From Candidatus Heimdallarchaeota archaeon (GTDB lineage Archaea; Asgardarchaeota; Heimdallarchaeia; Heimdallarchaeales; Kariarchaeaceae), in assembly GCA_015523565.1 (NCBI GenBank), contig WAKA01000076.1, positions 1 to 11,190 of the forward strand: a stretch of 11,190 nt of DNA. Reading direction: 5' to 3'. Shown here one piece after another: positions 1-8,128 of this stretch. The position numbers were made by a program, and so were the translations under genes. The first letter of the stretch is position 1; every line of letters starts with the position of its first letter. The notes under the pieces were generated by a model. The model worked only from the letters and a program-made list of their open reading frames with translations, searched no databases and was not told the DNA's origin.

Positions 1-33
1 GCAATGTGCCTGCCTTGCAGGTAACCATTACAG

Positions 34-369
34 CTTTCAATCTAGATATCCTAGAATCCTCTATTGTAACCAACATTGTACATGAGAGACAATATCTCAA
101 AAACCATCTTTCAATCTAGATATCCTAGAATCCTCTATTGTAACCCCGTTCCTACCTACAGCTATTATTAGCCTCAAAACGACTTTCAATCTAGATATCC
201 TAGAATCCTCTATTGTAACTATTGACTTTGTTGCCGGGGATTTTCTATGAGTTTGTCTTTCAATCTAGATATCCTAGAATCCTCTATTGTAACAATAAAA
301 ACAATTCATCCCGTAACTCAGTATCCCTTGGTCTTTCAATCTAGATATCCTAGAATCCTCTATTGTAAC
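34..369 (-). CRISPR. CRISPR array: 5 identical 37-bp repeats, 4 complete spacers and a probable partial spacer at 1-33
   Basis: Repeat CTTTCAATCTAGATATCCTAGAATCCTCTATTGTAAC at 34-70, 108-144, 183-219, 257-293 and 333-369. Unique spacers at 71-107 (37 bp), 145-182 (38), 220-256 (37) and 294-332 (39). The minus-strand repeat GTTACAATAGAGGATTCTAGGATATCTAGATTGAAAG has the typical GTT...ATTGAAAG ends and a TCTAG-GATAT-CTAGA hairpin just before the 3' handle. Confidence 0.99.
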
Positions 370-463
370 TGCGGTCAAATCCTTGTCGAGAAGGGCTGAG
401 GACGTGATTTAGGAATCAAATTTTTGTTTATCACACGTGACGCACCTTCCTTAAATACCTGCC
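370..463 (-). promoter_or_regulatory. CRISPR leader (94 bp) between the cas1 stop and the first repeat
   Basis: Non-coding gap adjacent to the 5' (GTTAC) end of the first repeat in the inferred transcription direction. It has AT-rich tracts, and ACGTGA occurs twice (402-407, 435-440). Confidence 0.8.
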
Positions 464-1441
464 TCATTTCAGGATGAGGGGGAGGTATTCGGTTTTTGAC
501 AGGAGCCATGATGTAAGTTTTTGCACCTGTAGCTGGATGATGTTTCTCAAGGTCATTTCTCCCTTTTCATTCTTATGTTTTTTTCTCAGGAGTTGTTCAT
601 AAGCGGCGAGGTATTTGCGTTTGCCTTCGTCAGTCAGGTAGTAACCAATGCCTTCTTTTGTGAAATGCTTCCTTCCCAGTTGCTGTTTGTTGAGCATGTT
701 GACTGTGAATCGTTCAATGACAGGACGGAATTGTTCAAGTAAGTCAAGAACAAGTGATTTGCGACCGTGGCGGAATTGGTGAAGGAAGCCCCTGTATGGG
801 TTAAGACCGTAGTATCGGACATGGGGTTCGATTTCAGAGGTCATTAGGACATATCCCAATGAAAGTAGGCTGTTTGCTATGTCCTTTGGAGGTCTTTTGC
901 TTCGTCCATTGAAGAATGATGGGGTTGAAAGCACTTGTGGAAAGGCGTTCCAGTACGCCGCGGCGGCATGACCTTCCATGCCCCTGAGTGAGTCGATGGA
1001 ACGAGCGTTTGGGATTTTCTTCAATGCTTCCTGCAGTTGATCAGTGGGGATTGACTTTCTCTTCAGCATTGAAATCCTGCTTGTTATTTGTCCCGCAATG
1101 ATTTGCTTGATGAGGGGCAGGGCGTCTCGATCGGATGTTTGAAGGTGTTGTTCAAGGATTTTGTACGACATGATCTCCTGCCCGTAAAGCATTCCCTTGT
1201 ATTTTCCATGTGTACTGAAATAATGGACAGTGATGCCATTTCTCAGGCAATGGTCGATCAACTGGTAAGAGAGGTGAGCGGCACCGAAAATGCATATACG
1301 GGAAACGGAATGGAGAAGAGCCTGACCCAGTGTTTCTCCGTTTTGGGAGACTTCAAGTCTTTTGTTTTGGATTGTCAGGGATGTTCCCTGTGTTGTGATA
1401 TAAATGCTGGAGGTGTCTTGTAGGGTTATTGTGTCAGTCAT
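464..1441 (-). CDS. cas1: CRISPR-associated integrase Cas1
   Basis: 325 aa. N-terminal YITTQGTSL; catalytic motifs LRGMEGHAAAAYW, FNGRSKRPPKD.ANSLLSLGY, GLNPYRGFLH and SLVLDLLEQFRP. GGAGTGA RBS upstream. Adjacent to the leader. Confidence 0.98.
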   Translation of the reverse strand: MTDTITLQDTSSIYITTQGTSLTIQNKRLEVSQNGETLGQALLHSVSRICIFGAAHLSYQLIDHCLRNGITVHYFSTHGKYKGMLYGQEIMSYKILEQHLQTSDRDALPLIKQIIAGQITSRISMLKRKSIPTDQLQEALKKIPNARSIDSLRGMEGHAAAAYWNAFPQVLSTPSFFNGRSKRPPKDIANSLLSLGYVLMTSEIEPHVRYYGLNPYRGFLHQFRHGRKSLVLDLLEQFRPVIERFTVNMLNKQQLGRKHFTKEGIGYYLTDEGKRKYLAAYEQLLRKKHKNEKGEMTLRNIIQLQVQKLTSWLLSKTEYLPLILK

Positions 1442-1447
1442 TTCTGT

Positions 1448-2023
1448 TCACTCCATTTGAATTGTTGTCTGGATTGTTTCGACCCAGCAGAAGGTTCTGT
1501 TTGCGCAGTTTTTGCATTTGTTTGGGTTAGTTGTGCGCTTGAACTCAGTATCGTTTCTGATTCCCCTTATTGTCTGGATTGTCAACTGTTTGAGATAGTT
1601 GTCATAGCTTTTTTGGTATCGTTTTCTGGATTCATGGCAGTAGATTTCGAGGTGGGCTATATCATACCCCTCATATTCAAGGCAGAGAGCGTATGCACAG
1701 AGCCCTATCCAGTCAGGCAGGTAGTTTGGATTGCTGTTCTTCTTGAATTCGACGGGAATAAGTCTTCCGTCTTGGGTGATTTCGACGAGGTCAATGATTC
1801 CGAGGATTCCAAGTTCCTCGTTTGCCAGTTCGATGGATATGCCAAAGAGTTTTCGTTTTTTGTTCCTGTATTTCTTTCGGTCGATGCGCTTATGGATGAG
1901 TTCACCTTTTATGAGTTCGACCGTGGGGTCAGGGGGCACCTGCAGGATGACTTCAAGCATGAACTGTCGGGGGCAGAATGCATATTTTTGTATTTTTCGG
2001 ATTGGGATTTGGAATAGGTTCAT
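1448..2023 (-). CDS. cas4: CRISPR-associated exonuclease Cas4
   Basis: 191 aa. YAFCPRQ, GELIH and RecB-like GIIDLVE...PVEFKK motifs; C-terminal CKNCANRTFC completes the four-Cys Fe-S site. GAGGT RBS upstream of the ATG. Confidence 0.96.
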   Translation of the reverse strand: MNLFQIPIRKIQKYAFCPRQFMLEVILQVPPDPTVELIKGELIHKRIDRKKYRNKKRKLFGISIELANEELGILGIIDLVEITQDGRLIPVEFKKNSNPNYLPDWIGLCAYALCLEYEGYDIAHLEIYCHESRKRYQKSYDNYLKQLTIQTIRGIRNDTEFKRTTNPNKCKNCANRTFCWVETIQTTIQME

Positions 2024-2047
2024 ATTTATGACCTCTGTAAATCGGTT

Positions 2048-2317
2048 GTGTTCATTATTGTCATGTATGACATCCGCGAAGATGACAGGAGGTCGAAATT
2101 ATACAGGCGGATGAAGCAGGAAGGGGCAAGGGTACAGTATTCGGCGTTTGAGCTTGAAATAACAGAGCAAAGGCTATTGATCTTGAAGGAGGACATTCGA
2201 GGGATCATTGATGAAAGAGTGGATTCGGTAAGGATGTACAGACTCTGCCGCAGTTGTATGGAGAACATTGAAGTCATTGGAACGGATGACAAGGAAAGTT
2301 TCACCTCGATTTTTTGA
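2048..2317 (+). CDS. cas2: CRISPR-associated protein Cas2, inverted relative to the operon
   Basis: 89 aa, GTG start. IIVMYDIREDDRR, RVQYSAFE and DSVRMYRLCRSC are diagnostic Cas2 motifs. The 3' end overlaps the cas3' 3' end convergently (2301-2317). Confidence 0.96.
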   Translation: MFIIVMYDIREDDRRSKLYRRMKQEGARVQYSAFELEITEQRLLILKEDIRGIIDERVDSVRMYRLCRSCMENIEVIGTDDKESFTSIF

Positions 2318-4409
2318 ATCTGCAATTTATTTCATTGTAAAGGTTCAGGGCTGCGCCGAAAGAGGTTTCCACCCCTATGATGTTTTGATCCCATCCAATG
2401 AGTTGGATGAACATTGCGTCGGCGAATTCAGAAAGAAAGTATTCCAGATCCTCTTTTGTTTTTCCTTGCCTGAGTCGGAAAGTGAGACCGAAAGAAAGGA
2501 ATCCTACGGGTTCTGTTTCATCATCATCATTTGCGTAGACAATTGGGACGGGAGAGGTGTTATTTGTTGAGGCGGTGAAAACAACCTTTCCGAACCTGAG
2601 GGAGATTGATGCAATAGGGTCAGGCAGGTTTTTGAGGGTATGTATATGCCATTCTTTCCTGAATTGCTTCCAATGTTCAGCGGAGAGGGATTCCTTGTCG
2701 AATTTGGCAGAGATGTATTGCATTGGTTTCATGTAGATTGCATTGCCATATTGAATTGGGAGTGTGCCTAGATCAAACAGGGGCCACTTTGGCTTGAAAA
2801 ACCCAGGGATTACGGCATGCTCAGTAATGATCATGAGTTCTGAGACAGTTCGCAGAGCGTAAAGCGGGTTGTCGGAAAATCGTTTGCCACCGTCTTTTGA
2901 TCTGTAATAGATTTGTGGGAGGGTGGTTCTCAGAGTCATGGAGTTTAGCAGGAGCTTTTGCACGAAGGTTTTGTATTTTTCGAAGAGACTTTTTGCTTCC
3001 TCAACAGTGGGCAATGAAGAATGGGAATCATAATTGGATCCGTCAAACATTCTACAGTTCAACTCCAGTTTAATGAGAGTAATCCCTTCCCATAGCTTGT
3101 TAAGATAGTAATGCATGGCGAATATCAGGTCAGATGTGGTAGCTGTGAACATGCTTCCAGGAATTTTTTTGTCGATATCCATGAGATATTGGTAAAACGG
3201 ATTGATACCCTTATAATGGGATTGTGGAGGGGATTCAATCAAGTTTGAGTACCAATCTTTGCCTTTGTAAGGTGCAGGGAGGACATGAACAATTGCCTCT
3301 TCGTCACCGTATCTTCCGACTCTCCCGATTCTTTGGATTAAGTTTGGGGAGGGACAGCTTTCGGTGATAAGGACTTGGAATTGATCGCTGACGCCTACTT
3401 CGGCACTGCTTGTTGCAATTACCAGAACCTTTTGCTTTTGTGCATTTTTGATGTTTTTATACTCATTCCATCCGTTGAATACCCTGAAGAGGTTGTATGG
3501 TGCCTTTTTACTATGGAAATCGTTAGCCATCCTGTAAGCCCGTCTTCTTGAATTAAGGATCACAATGATCCTGTCTTTCTCATTCAATTGGTTTCTTATG
3601 ATATTTGCCAAGTAGCTGTCATGATCATCCATGTCGCAGGGGGGATGTATGAACAGCCTTAGGGATGAGTGTTTGCCAATACCAGTTATTTCTTTATTGA
3701 CAATGCCCCTTGTTTTAAGAAGATCGAGGGCATAATCAGGAGTTGTTGCAGAGAAGAAGCTATGTGGGATTTTCGGTGGGGTTCCTTCCAATGTTTCAAG
3801 GATAAGGCGTTCTCGTTCAAGATTGAGGACTACATTTTGCAATGCAAGAGGATGGAGGATATGGATTTCGTCAAAAGCTTTTGGGGCGAAGAGTTGCCTG
3901 TAGAAGAATTCCGCCTTATATGTTTTGTTTGACTTGTTGGGAAAATGGAGGTATGCCCATTTGTCAATTGTGCCCACTACTCCTAAGGAAGGGGTAAATC
4001 CAATGTACTCTTCTTCTTCAGATTTGATTGGATAAAATTCACCCAAGGTTTTCAGGAGATTTTTCACCTTTCCTGTTGCAGTTCCCGTTTGAGCTTTCAG
4101 GCCCATTTTTTTGAAACGGCTGTTTAAAAGTTCATGATGTTGGTTGAGAAGGGCATAGGTTGGATAGAGTGAATAAAAGAAGCCATGCCTTGTATCGTCC
4201 TGATGTTTTAGCCAATTGATCATTCCCAATTGAAAGATGTCCCTTTTTCCACCACCAGTTCCAACGGTACAGACAATTCCCTCCCCATTCATTATAGCCT
4301 CAATTCCTTTTTTTTGGTGGACGTATGGATCATATGGGGAATCTGTGAATACATTGCCTTCGAATTTTGTGGATCTTGGTTGTTCAGGTCCAATATGAAT
4401 TTCGATCAA
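2301..4409 (-). CDS. cas3: Cas3' SF2 helicase without an HD domain
   Basis: 702 aa, TTG start with GGAGG RBS, overlapping the upstream stop (TTGA). Motifs: Q PYVHQ, I GTGGGKR, Ia LYPTYALLNQH, II FDEIH, III SATT, IV ILNS, V ATSSAEVGVS, VI QRIGRVGR. The helicase begins about 30 aa from the start, leaving no room for an HD domain. Confidence 0.92.
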   Translation of the reverse strand: MIEIHIGPEQPRSTKFEGNVFTDSPYDPYVHQKKGIEAIMNGEGIVCTVGTGGGKRDIFQLGMINWLKHQDDTRHGFFYSLYPTYALLNQHHELLNSRFKKMGLKAQTGTATGKVKNLLKTLGEFYPIKSEEEEYIGFTPSLGVVGTIDKWAYLHFPNKSNKTYKAEFFYRQLFAPKAFDEIHILHPLALQNVVLNLERERLILETLEGTPPKIPHSFFSATTPDYALDLLKTRGIVNKEITGIGKHSSLRLFIHPPCDMDDHDSYLANIIRNQLNEKDRIIVILNSRRRAYRMANDFHSKKAPYNLFRVFNGWNEYKNIKNAQKQKVLVIATSSAEVGVSDQFQVLITESCPSPNLIQRIGRVGRYGDEEAIVHVLPAPYKGKDWYSNLIESPPQSHYKGINPFYQYLMDIDKKIPGSMFTATTSDLIFAMHYYLNKLWEGITLIKLELNCRMFDGSNYDSHSSLPTVEEAKSLFEKYKTFVQKLLLNSMTLRTTLPQIYYRSKDGGKRFSDNPLYALRTVSELMIITEHAVIPGFFKPKWPLFDLGTLPIQYGNAIYMKPMQYISAKFDKESLSAEHWKQFRKEWHIHTLKNLPDPIASISLRFGKVVFTASTNNTSPVPIVYANDDDETEPVGFLSFGLTFRLRQGKTKEDLEYFLSEFADAMFIQLIGWDQNIIGVETSFGAALNLYNEINCRFKKSR

Positions 4410-5092
4410 AATATGTTTTCCTCCAATTTTGGATTGATTTCCACATTGACATTGATTTGGTTGAGTTGTAATTTCAAATCTGAATGAAAGTATTCAGACA
4501 GCCGACCATAAAGCCATTTTTGGTTTTCATCAATTTTTCCTGAAAGGAAGTCCCCAAGATTGAATACTAGACTCTCTTCTGTTTGGATGCCTTCTATTTT
4601 TGCGCTTAGATGATCCGCCAATACAATCAATATCCGTTCAATTCTCAAGCTGAGACCATCAAGCTGTTTTTTGGGATGGTGGTTTCTCATCACCCATTTT
4701 GCAAGTGTATCATTTCTCTTTAGGGTGATTCCGAAATTTTCCAATAATTCAGCTTCAGATTGATGGAGGGAAGGGTCAAAAAGCCTGTCATCCGCATGAT
4801 CCCGATAATTTGTCCAATTTTTGTGGTTATTTTGCTTAAACCATGTTTGCCATTCTTCAGTATTTTTGCCATCATCATGGTGGAGAACTGCATAGGTAAG
4901 CTCATCGGTTGGGAAATGATTGTCTCTGCTTTTTAGGTCAACTGTTGAATAAAATTCATGGAAAAGGATTGCAGTAAGCATGCAATGACTGGAAAGATAT
5001 GTGTAAGGTCTGGCAAATGGTTCGTGATCCAATAAAGTTAGAATATATTGATTTTTTCCAACTTTGAGTGTGATGTTTCGAGAAACCATCAA
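4406..5092 (-). CDS. cas3'': Stand-alone Cas3''-type HD nuclease (start TTG 5092 or ATG 5089)
   Basis: 228 aa. Cas3-type metal ligands in order: ARP...LSSH, LHHDDGK, DHAD, MRNHH, LADHLSA. Coupled to cas6 (TGATG overlap) and to cas3'. Confidence 0.88.
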   Translation of the reverse strand: MMVSRNITLKVGKNQYILTLLDHEPFARPYTYLSSHCMLTAILFHEFYSTVDLKSRDNHFPTDELTYAVLHHDDGKNTEEWQTWFKQNNHKNWTNYRDHADDRLFDPSLHQSEAELLENFGITLKRNDTLAKWVMRNHHPKKQLDGLSLRIERILIVLADHLSAKIEGIQTEESLVFNLGDFLSGKIDENQKWLYGRLSEYFHSDLKLQLNQINVNVEINPKLEENIF

Positions 5093-5889
5093 GAAAGCCT
5101 CGCGTGGATTTTCCCAAGCCCTATGGTTCTGCCATGACCGACATTTGTCCAGTTTGCGATTTTGACTAGTTTGGAGATTGTTCCATTAATTTTTCCTTGA
5201 AAAACGAGTCTTCCCTTATGTCCAGTGTAGATTATTTGTTTGTCATCATTATGGACAGGGAATCGGATTGCCGTGAGTGATGATTGCTGATCCAATAAGC
5301 GAATTGGCTCACATGCCTTTTTGAAATCGTCAGGACTTATTTTCTGATCGGACACCATATTGTAAATTCTGAAAGGAGTTCTCATTATTTTTTCAAGGGA
5401 AAGCTCGTGCATTCTTAACTCTTTACCATATCCTTCTTTGAGAAAGAAGAGGGGAGTCTTGAATGTCATTTCCAATTTTGAGAATTTTGCTTGACTTGAA
5501 TTTAAGGTTTCTTCAGGCAAATATTTGGTGTTGGTAGAAACAATCTTGAAACGGTACTGTCCAATTTGGATTGTTTTTCGGTTCAATTCAGAGAATCTTT
5601 TTAGGGCTTTTCTCATGTCCTTTCCAAAAACGACAATGTCAAAGTATCCATGGACATGAGGAGGAACAACAAATGTTTTTCGTTCTTTTTTCATTCCAGG
5701 AGGAAATTGAATAGGGTTAATTGAAAATGGCTTAGGTGCATTGGAGTCATGCAATGAATTCCAGAGAGGTTTCATTGTCTTATATACAAAAGCCCTAAGG
5801 AATTCGCCATGCTGGAATGGCACATAAGACATTTTTATTGGTCGGATAGACACTCTAGTACTTGCAATCATAGGTCGCATTTCAATCAC
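5089..5889 (-). CDS. cas6: crRNA-processing endoribonuclease Cas6 (true start may be ATG 5880)
   Basis: LHDSNAPKPFSINP, MTFKTPLFF and the C-terminal Gly-rich loop NVGHGRTIGLG. GGTGA lies 5 nt upstream of ATG 5880. Confidence 0.95.
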   Translation of the reverse strand: MIEMRPMIASTRVSIRPIKMSYVPFQHGEFLRAFVYKTMKPLWNSLHDSNAPKPFSINPIQFPPGMKKERKTFVVPPHVHGYFDIVVFGKDMRKALKRFSELNRKTIQIGQYRFKIVSTNTKYLPEETLNSSQAKFSKLEMTFKTPLFFLKEGYGKELRMHELSLEKIMRTPFRIYNMVSDQKISPDDFKKACEPIRLLDQQSSLTAIRFPVHNDDKQIIYTGHKGRLVFQGKINGTISKLVKIANWTNVGHGRTIGLGKIHARLS

Positions 5890-7142
5890 CTGAATCTATC
5901 TATTGGAACCATTTCCCCACCATCCATATTCAGATAGAAGAAATTGTCCAAAGGGATGCAATAACCATCGACAACAATGGCATCTCCAGAATATTTTCCC
6001 TTGAGAATCGCATATCTCTCTGTTCTTTCAATCAATTGTGTGATCTCCATATCAGGAAGCATTTCCATTGGATATTGCAGGACAGTTGTTTCCATTTCTC
6101 GGACTTGCTGGATGTCGGCAGGGTGAAATTCCCCTAAATGGACTACAGTCTCATTGGTAGAGGCAAAGGTTCCAAAATGTAAGACACGCTCAAATCTTTT
6201 TTGGATTTGAGGGATGTCATCCTTGTTGCATACAATATACCCATGAAATTCTGTTTTGGGACGAATATATTCAATTGTTCCAAAATTTGGGAAGGGGTCA
6301 TTTGATCCTTTTCCATATATTGCAAGGTCACCGTATTCCGTCCTTGTGGTTGAGTAGTGATCCCATCCATACATGTAAAGATTAAGGTCTGAAAGGATAG
6401 CATCAGACACATTTCCAGAAATCCATGGTTTAAGTTCATTGGGTCGATTCGAGGGATTTTCCGACTTCCATTGTGCAATCATCTGTTCAATTTCAAATAA
6501 TCCAGGAAGTGAGCCAGAATGATTTGGAACGAGATGTTTCATCACCGCATTCATGTCAATAGTTTTTAGGGAAGTTTTTTGTGAATAGAAAACAATTTGA
6601 GGACATGAATCATAGAGTGTATGGTGAACAGCATCCCTTATCTTTTTCATCAACCATGATGGGTTTCGTTGAGCTTTTTTCCAATCTAGGTTCCATTTGT
6701 CTGTTTTCTGGTCTTCTTTCACATTAGCCACATCAGATACTTTGAGATGCCCTGTAGAAACAGCGAGGCTTATCAATGCCTTTACAGGAGTGCCAAATAC
6801 ACTGGTTGTTGTATATGTGGCAGATTTACCTGCAAAAACGGACTGCAGAAGAATACCGCCCATTGGCGCGATTAAATTGTAAACTCTGGTTTCAAGATGT
6901 TCCGAGAAGGAAAGGGGGTGAGAGGGAATTGCAGGAGTAAGATAAAATCCCTCAGAAGGCCAAAGGTAGCTTGAACTCTTTTTTATAGTATGACGAAGAT
7001 TGCTTGGACGGGATCCGAAGAGGATGGTGGATGATGATACATGGGTTTTGTAAACCTCATAATCACCACCCCTTTTTACGTTCCTGTTGAGATGAAGATT
7101 AGTCATGGGGAACAGGGAATATTTCGCCACATGAAATTTCAT
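5886..7142 (-). CDS. cas5: Cas5-group RAMP, Csc1 (type I-D)-like, with a large insertion
   Basis: 418 aa, positioned between cas7 and cas6. GFYLTPAIP, FPNFGTIEYIRPKTEF and VLHFG resemble Csc1 conserved blocks. GGTGA RBS and ATGA overlap with cas7. Confidence 0.75.
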   Translation of the reverse strand: MKFHVAKYSLFPMTNLHLNRNVKRGGDYEVYKTHVSSSTILFGSRPSNLRHTIKKSSSYLWPSEGFYLTPAIPSHPLSFSEHLETRVYNLIAPMGGILLQSVFAGKSATYTTTSVFGTPVKALISLAVSTGHLKVSDVANVKEDQKTDKWNLDWKKAQRNPSWLMKKIRDAVHHTLYDSCPQIVFYSQKTSLKTIDMNAVMKHLVPNHSGSLPGLFEIEQMIAQWKSENPSNRPNELKPWISGNVSDAILSDLNLYMYGWDHYSTTRTEYGDLAIYGKGSNDPFPNFGTIEYIRPKTEFHGYIVCNKDDIPQIQKRFERVLHFGTFASTNETVVHLGEFHPADIQQVREMETTVLQYPMEMLPDMEITQLIERTERYAILKGKYSGDAIVVDGYCIPLDNFFYLNMDGGEMVPIDRFR

Positions 7143-8128
7143 TCGGTTTCTTCACCTTTTGGGGTTTTTTTGTCAAGGAATTCTATCCAATCTGCCCCCA
7201 TTAGCAGTTCATCATATTTCTGATATACATAAGCAAGCAGATCCTCATTTTCATCAAAGCTGAACTGCACAACGGTTGCATTTGGGGGAAAGAGTCTATC
7301 AGGAGTATTAAGGAGATCAAAATCCTCTGCCAAGTCTATATTTGTAGCTATGTTGAGAGGGGATTCATTTGAGACAGCAGTTAATTGCATTTTAAACCGT
7401 CCATTTCTACTTGAATAAGCTCCGACACCGTCGACTTGACCAACTTCATTCAATGCCTTGATGGAAGCAAAGAAGTCATATTTCGAGGGATCCCGAATCA
7501 TGAGTTTGAATGGAAATCGAGTTCCTGGTTTAACGAATTCATAGGTTGCAAAACTTGATGAGCTGCGTGAAGACATGCCACCTCTAGAAGGAGAATCTAC
7601 TGTGTTTAAGACACCAGCTTGATCAAAATCCAGATAACCTGCCACGCAATCATTTGCATGTTCAACTGAAAACATGTCTGGCAAGAACCATCTGGATCTT
7701 CTAGCAAACCTTCCAGGACTGAGACTACCTAGTGAGACACAGACTACACAGTTTCCACATAGGTTTTCACTTTTTCTGCATGACTTGACAAAGGATAATT
7801 GTCTTTTTGTTCGTTCGTCTAGACCATTTTCCTTATTTTTGAAAGTATCTTGATCATAAATATCTCTCAGATCCATTAGCAATCCGTCACGTATTTTTGT
7901 CAGGATCTTTATTCCTCTGAGTTCTGCACGGACGGTGCCATTTATATCTTGTTTATCAACAACTTGGTGGTTGCTTTTGTCACCCACTGTTGACTTGAAG
8001 ATTCCTCTTTGGGTCATTTCAATGTAACCCACGATAGTCAAAATTCTTCCAGACCAAAGCCCTGCCTTTTCAGGGAGGTCAGGCAATTCATCAATAATTC
8101 CAGAAAGTTTATTTTCGATATCATTCAT
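7139..8128 (-). CDS. cas7: Cas7 backbone subunit, Csc2 (type I-D)-like
   Basis: 329 aa from ATG 8128, which has a GGTGA RBS 10 nt upstream and an ATGAATGA overlap with the upstream gene (the track start at 8173 is probably too long). Zn-binding CRKSENLCGNCVVC, SRWFLPDMFS, EFVKPGTRFP and GVGAYSSRNG match the Csc2 pattern. Confidence 0.85.
   Translation of the reverse strand: MNDIENKLSGIIDELPDLPEKAGLWSGRILTIVGYIEMTQRGIFKSTVGDKSNHQVVDKQDINGTVRAELRGIKILTKIRDGLLMDLRDIYDQDTFKNKENGLDERTKRQLSFVKSCRKSENLCGNCVVCVSLGSLSPGRFARRSRWFLPDMFSVEHANDCVAGYLDFDQAGVLNTVDSPSRGGMSSRSSSSFATYEFVKPGTRFPFKLMIRDPSKYDFFASIKALNEVGQVDGVGAYSSRNGRFKMQLTAVSNESPLNIATNIDLAEDFDLLNTPDRLFPPNATVVQFSFDENEDLLAYVYQKYDELLMGADWIEFLDKKTPKGEETE

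Noticed and set aside
1-33. GTAAC at 21-25 as the end of a degenerate repeat
   Set aside because: Only 5 nt match and the preceding bases do not resemble the repeat. 1-33 is best read as a truncated spacer.
71-332. Self-targeting spacers; small TGAGA/TCTCA hairpin in spacer 71-107
   Set aside because: No match to the rest of the window was noticed by eye (not an exhaustive search), and a 5-bp stem is expected by chance.
634-2114. ORFs 634-822(-), 1088-1423(+), 1457-2017(+), 1705-1905(-) and 1731-2114(+)
   Set aside because: They overlap clear cas1, cas4 or cas2 genes and have no motifs. 1457-2017 is the in-register antisense shadow of cas4.
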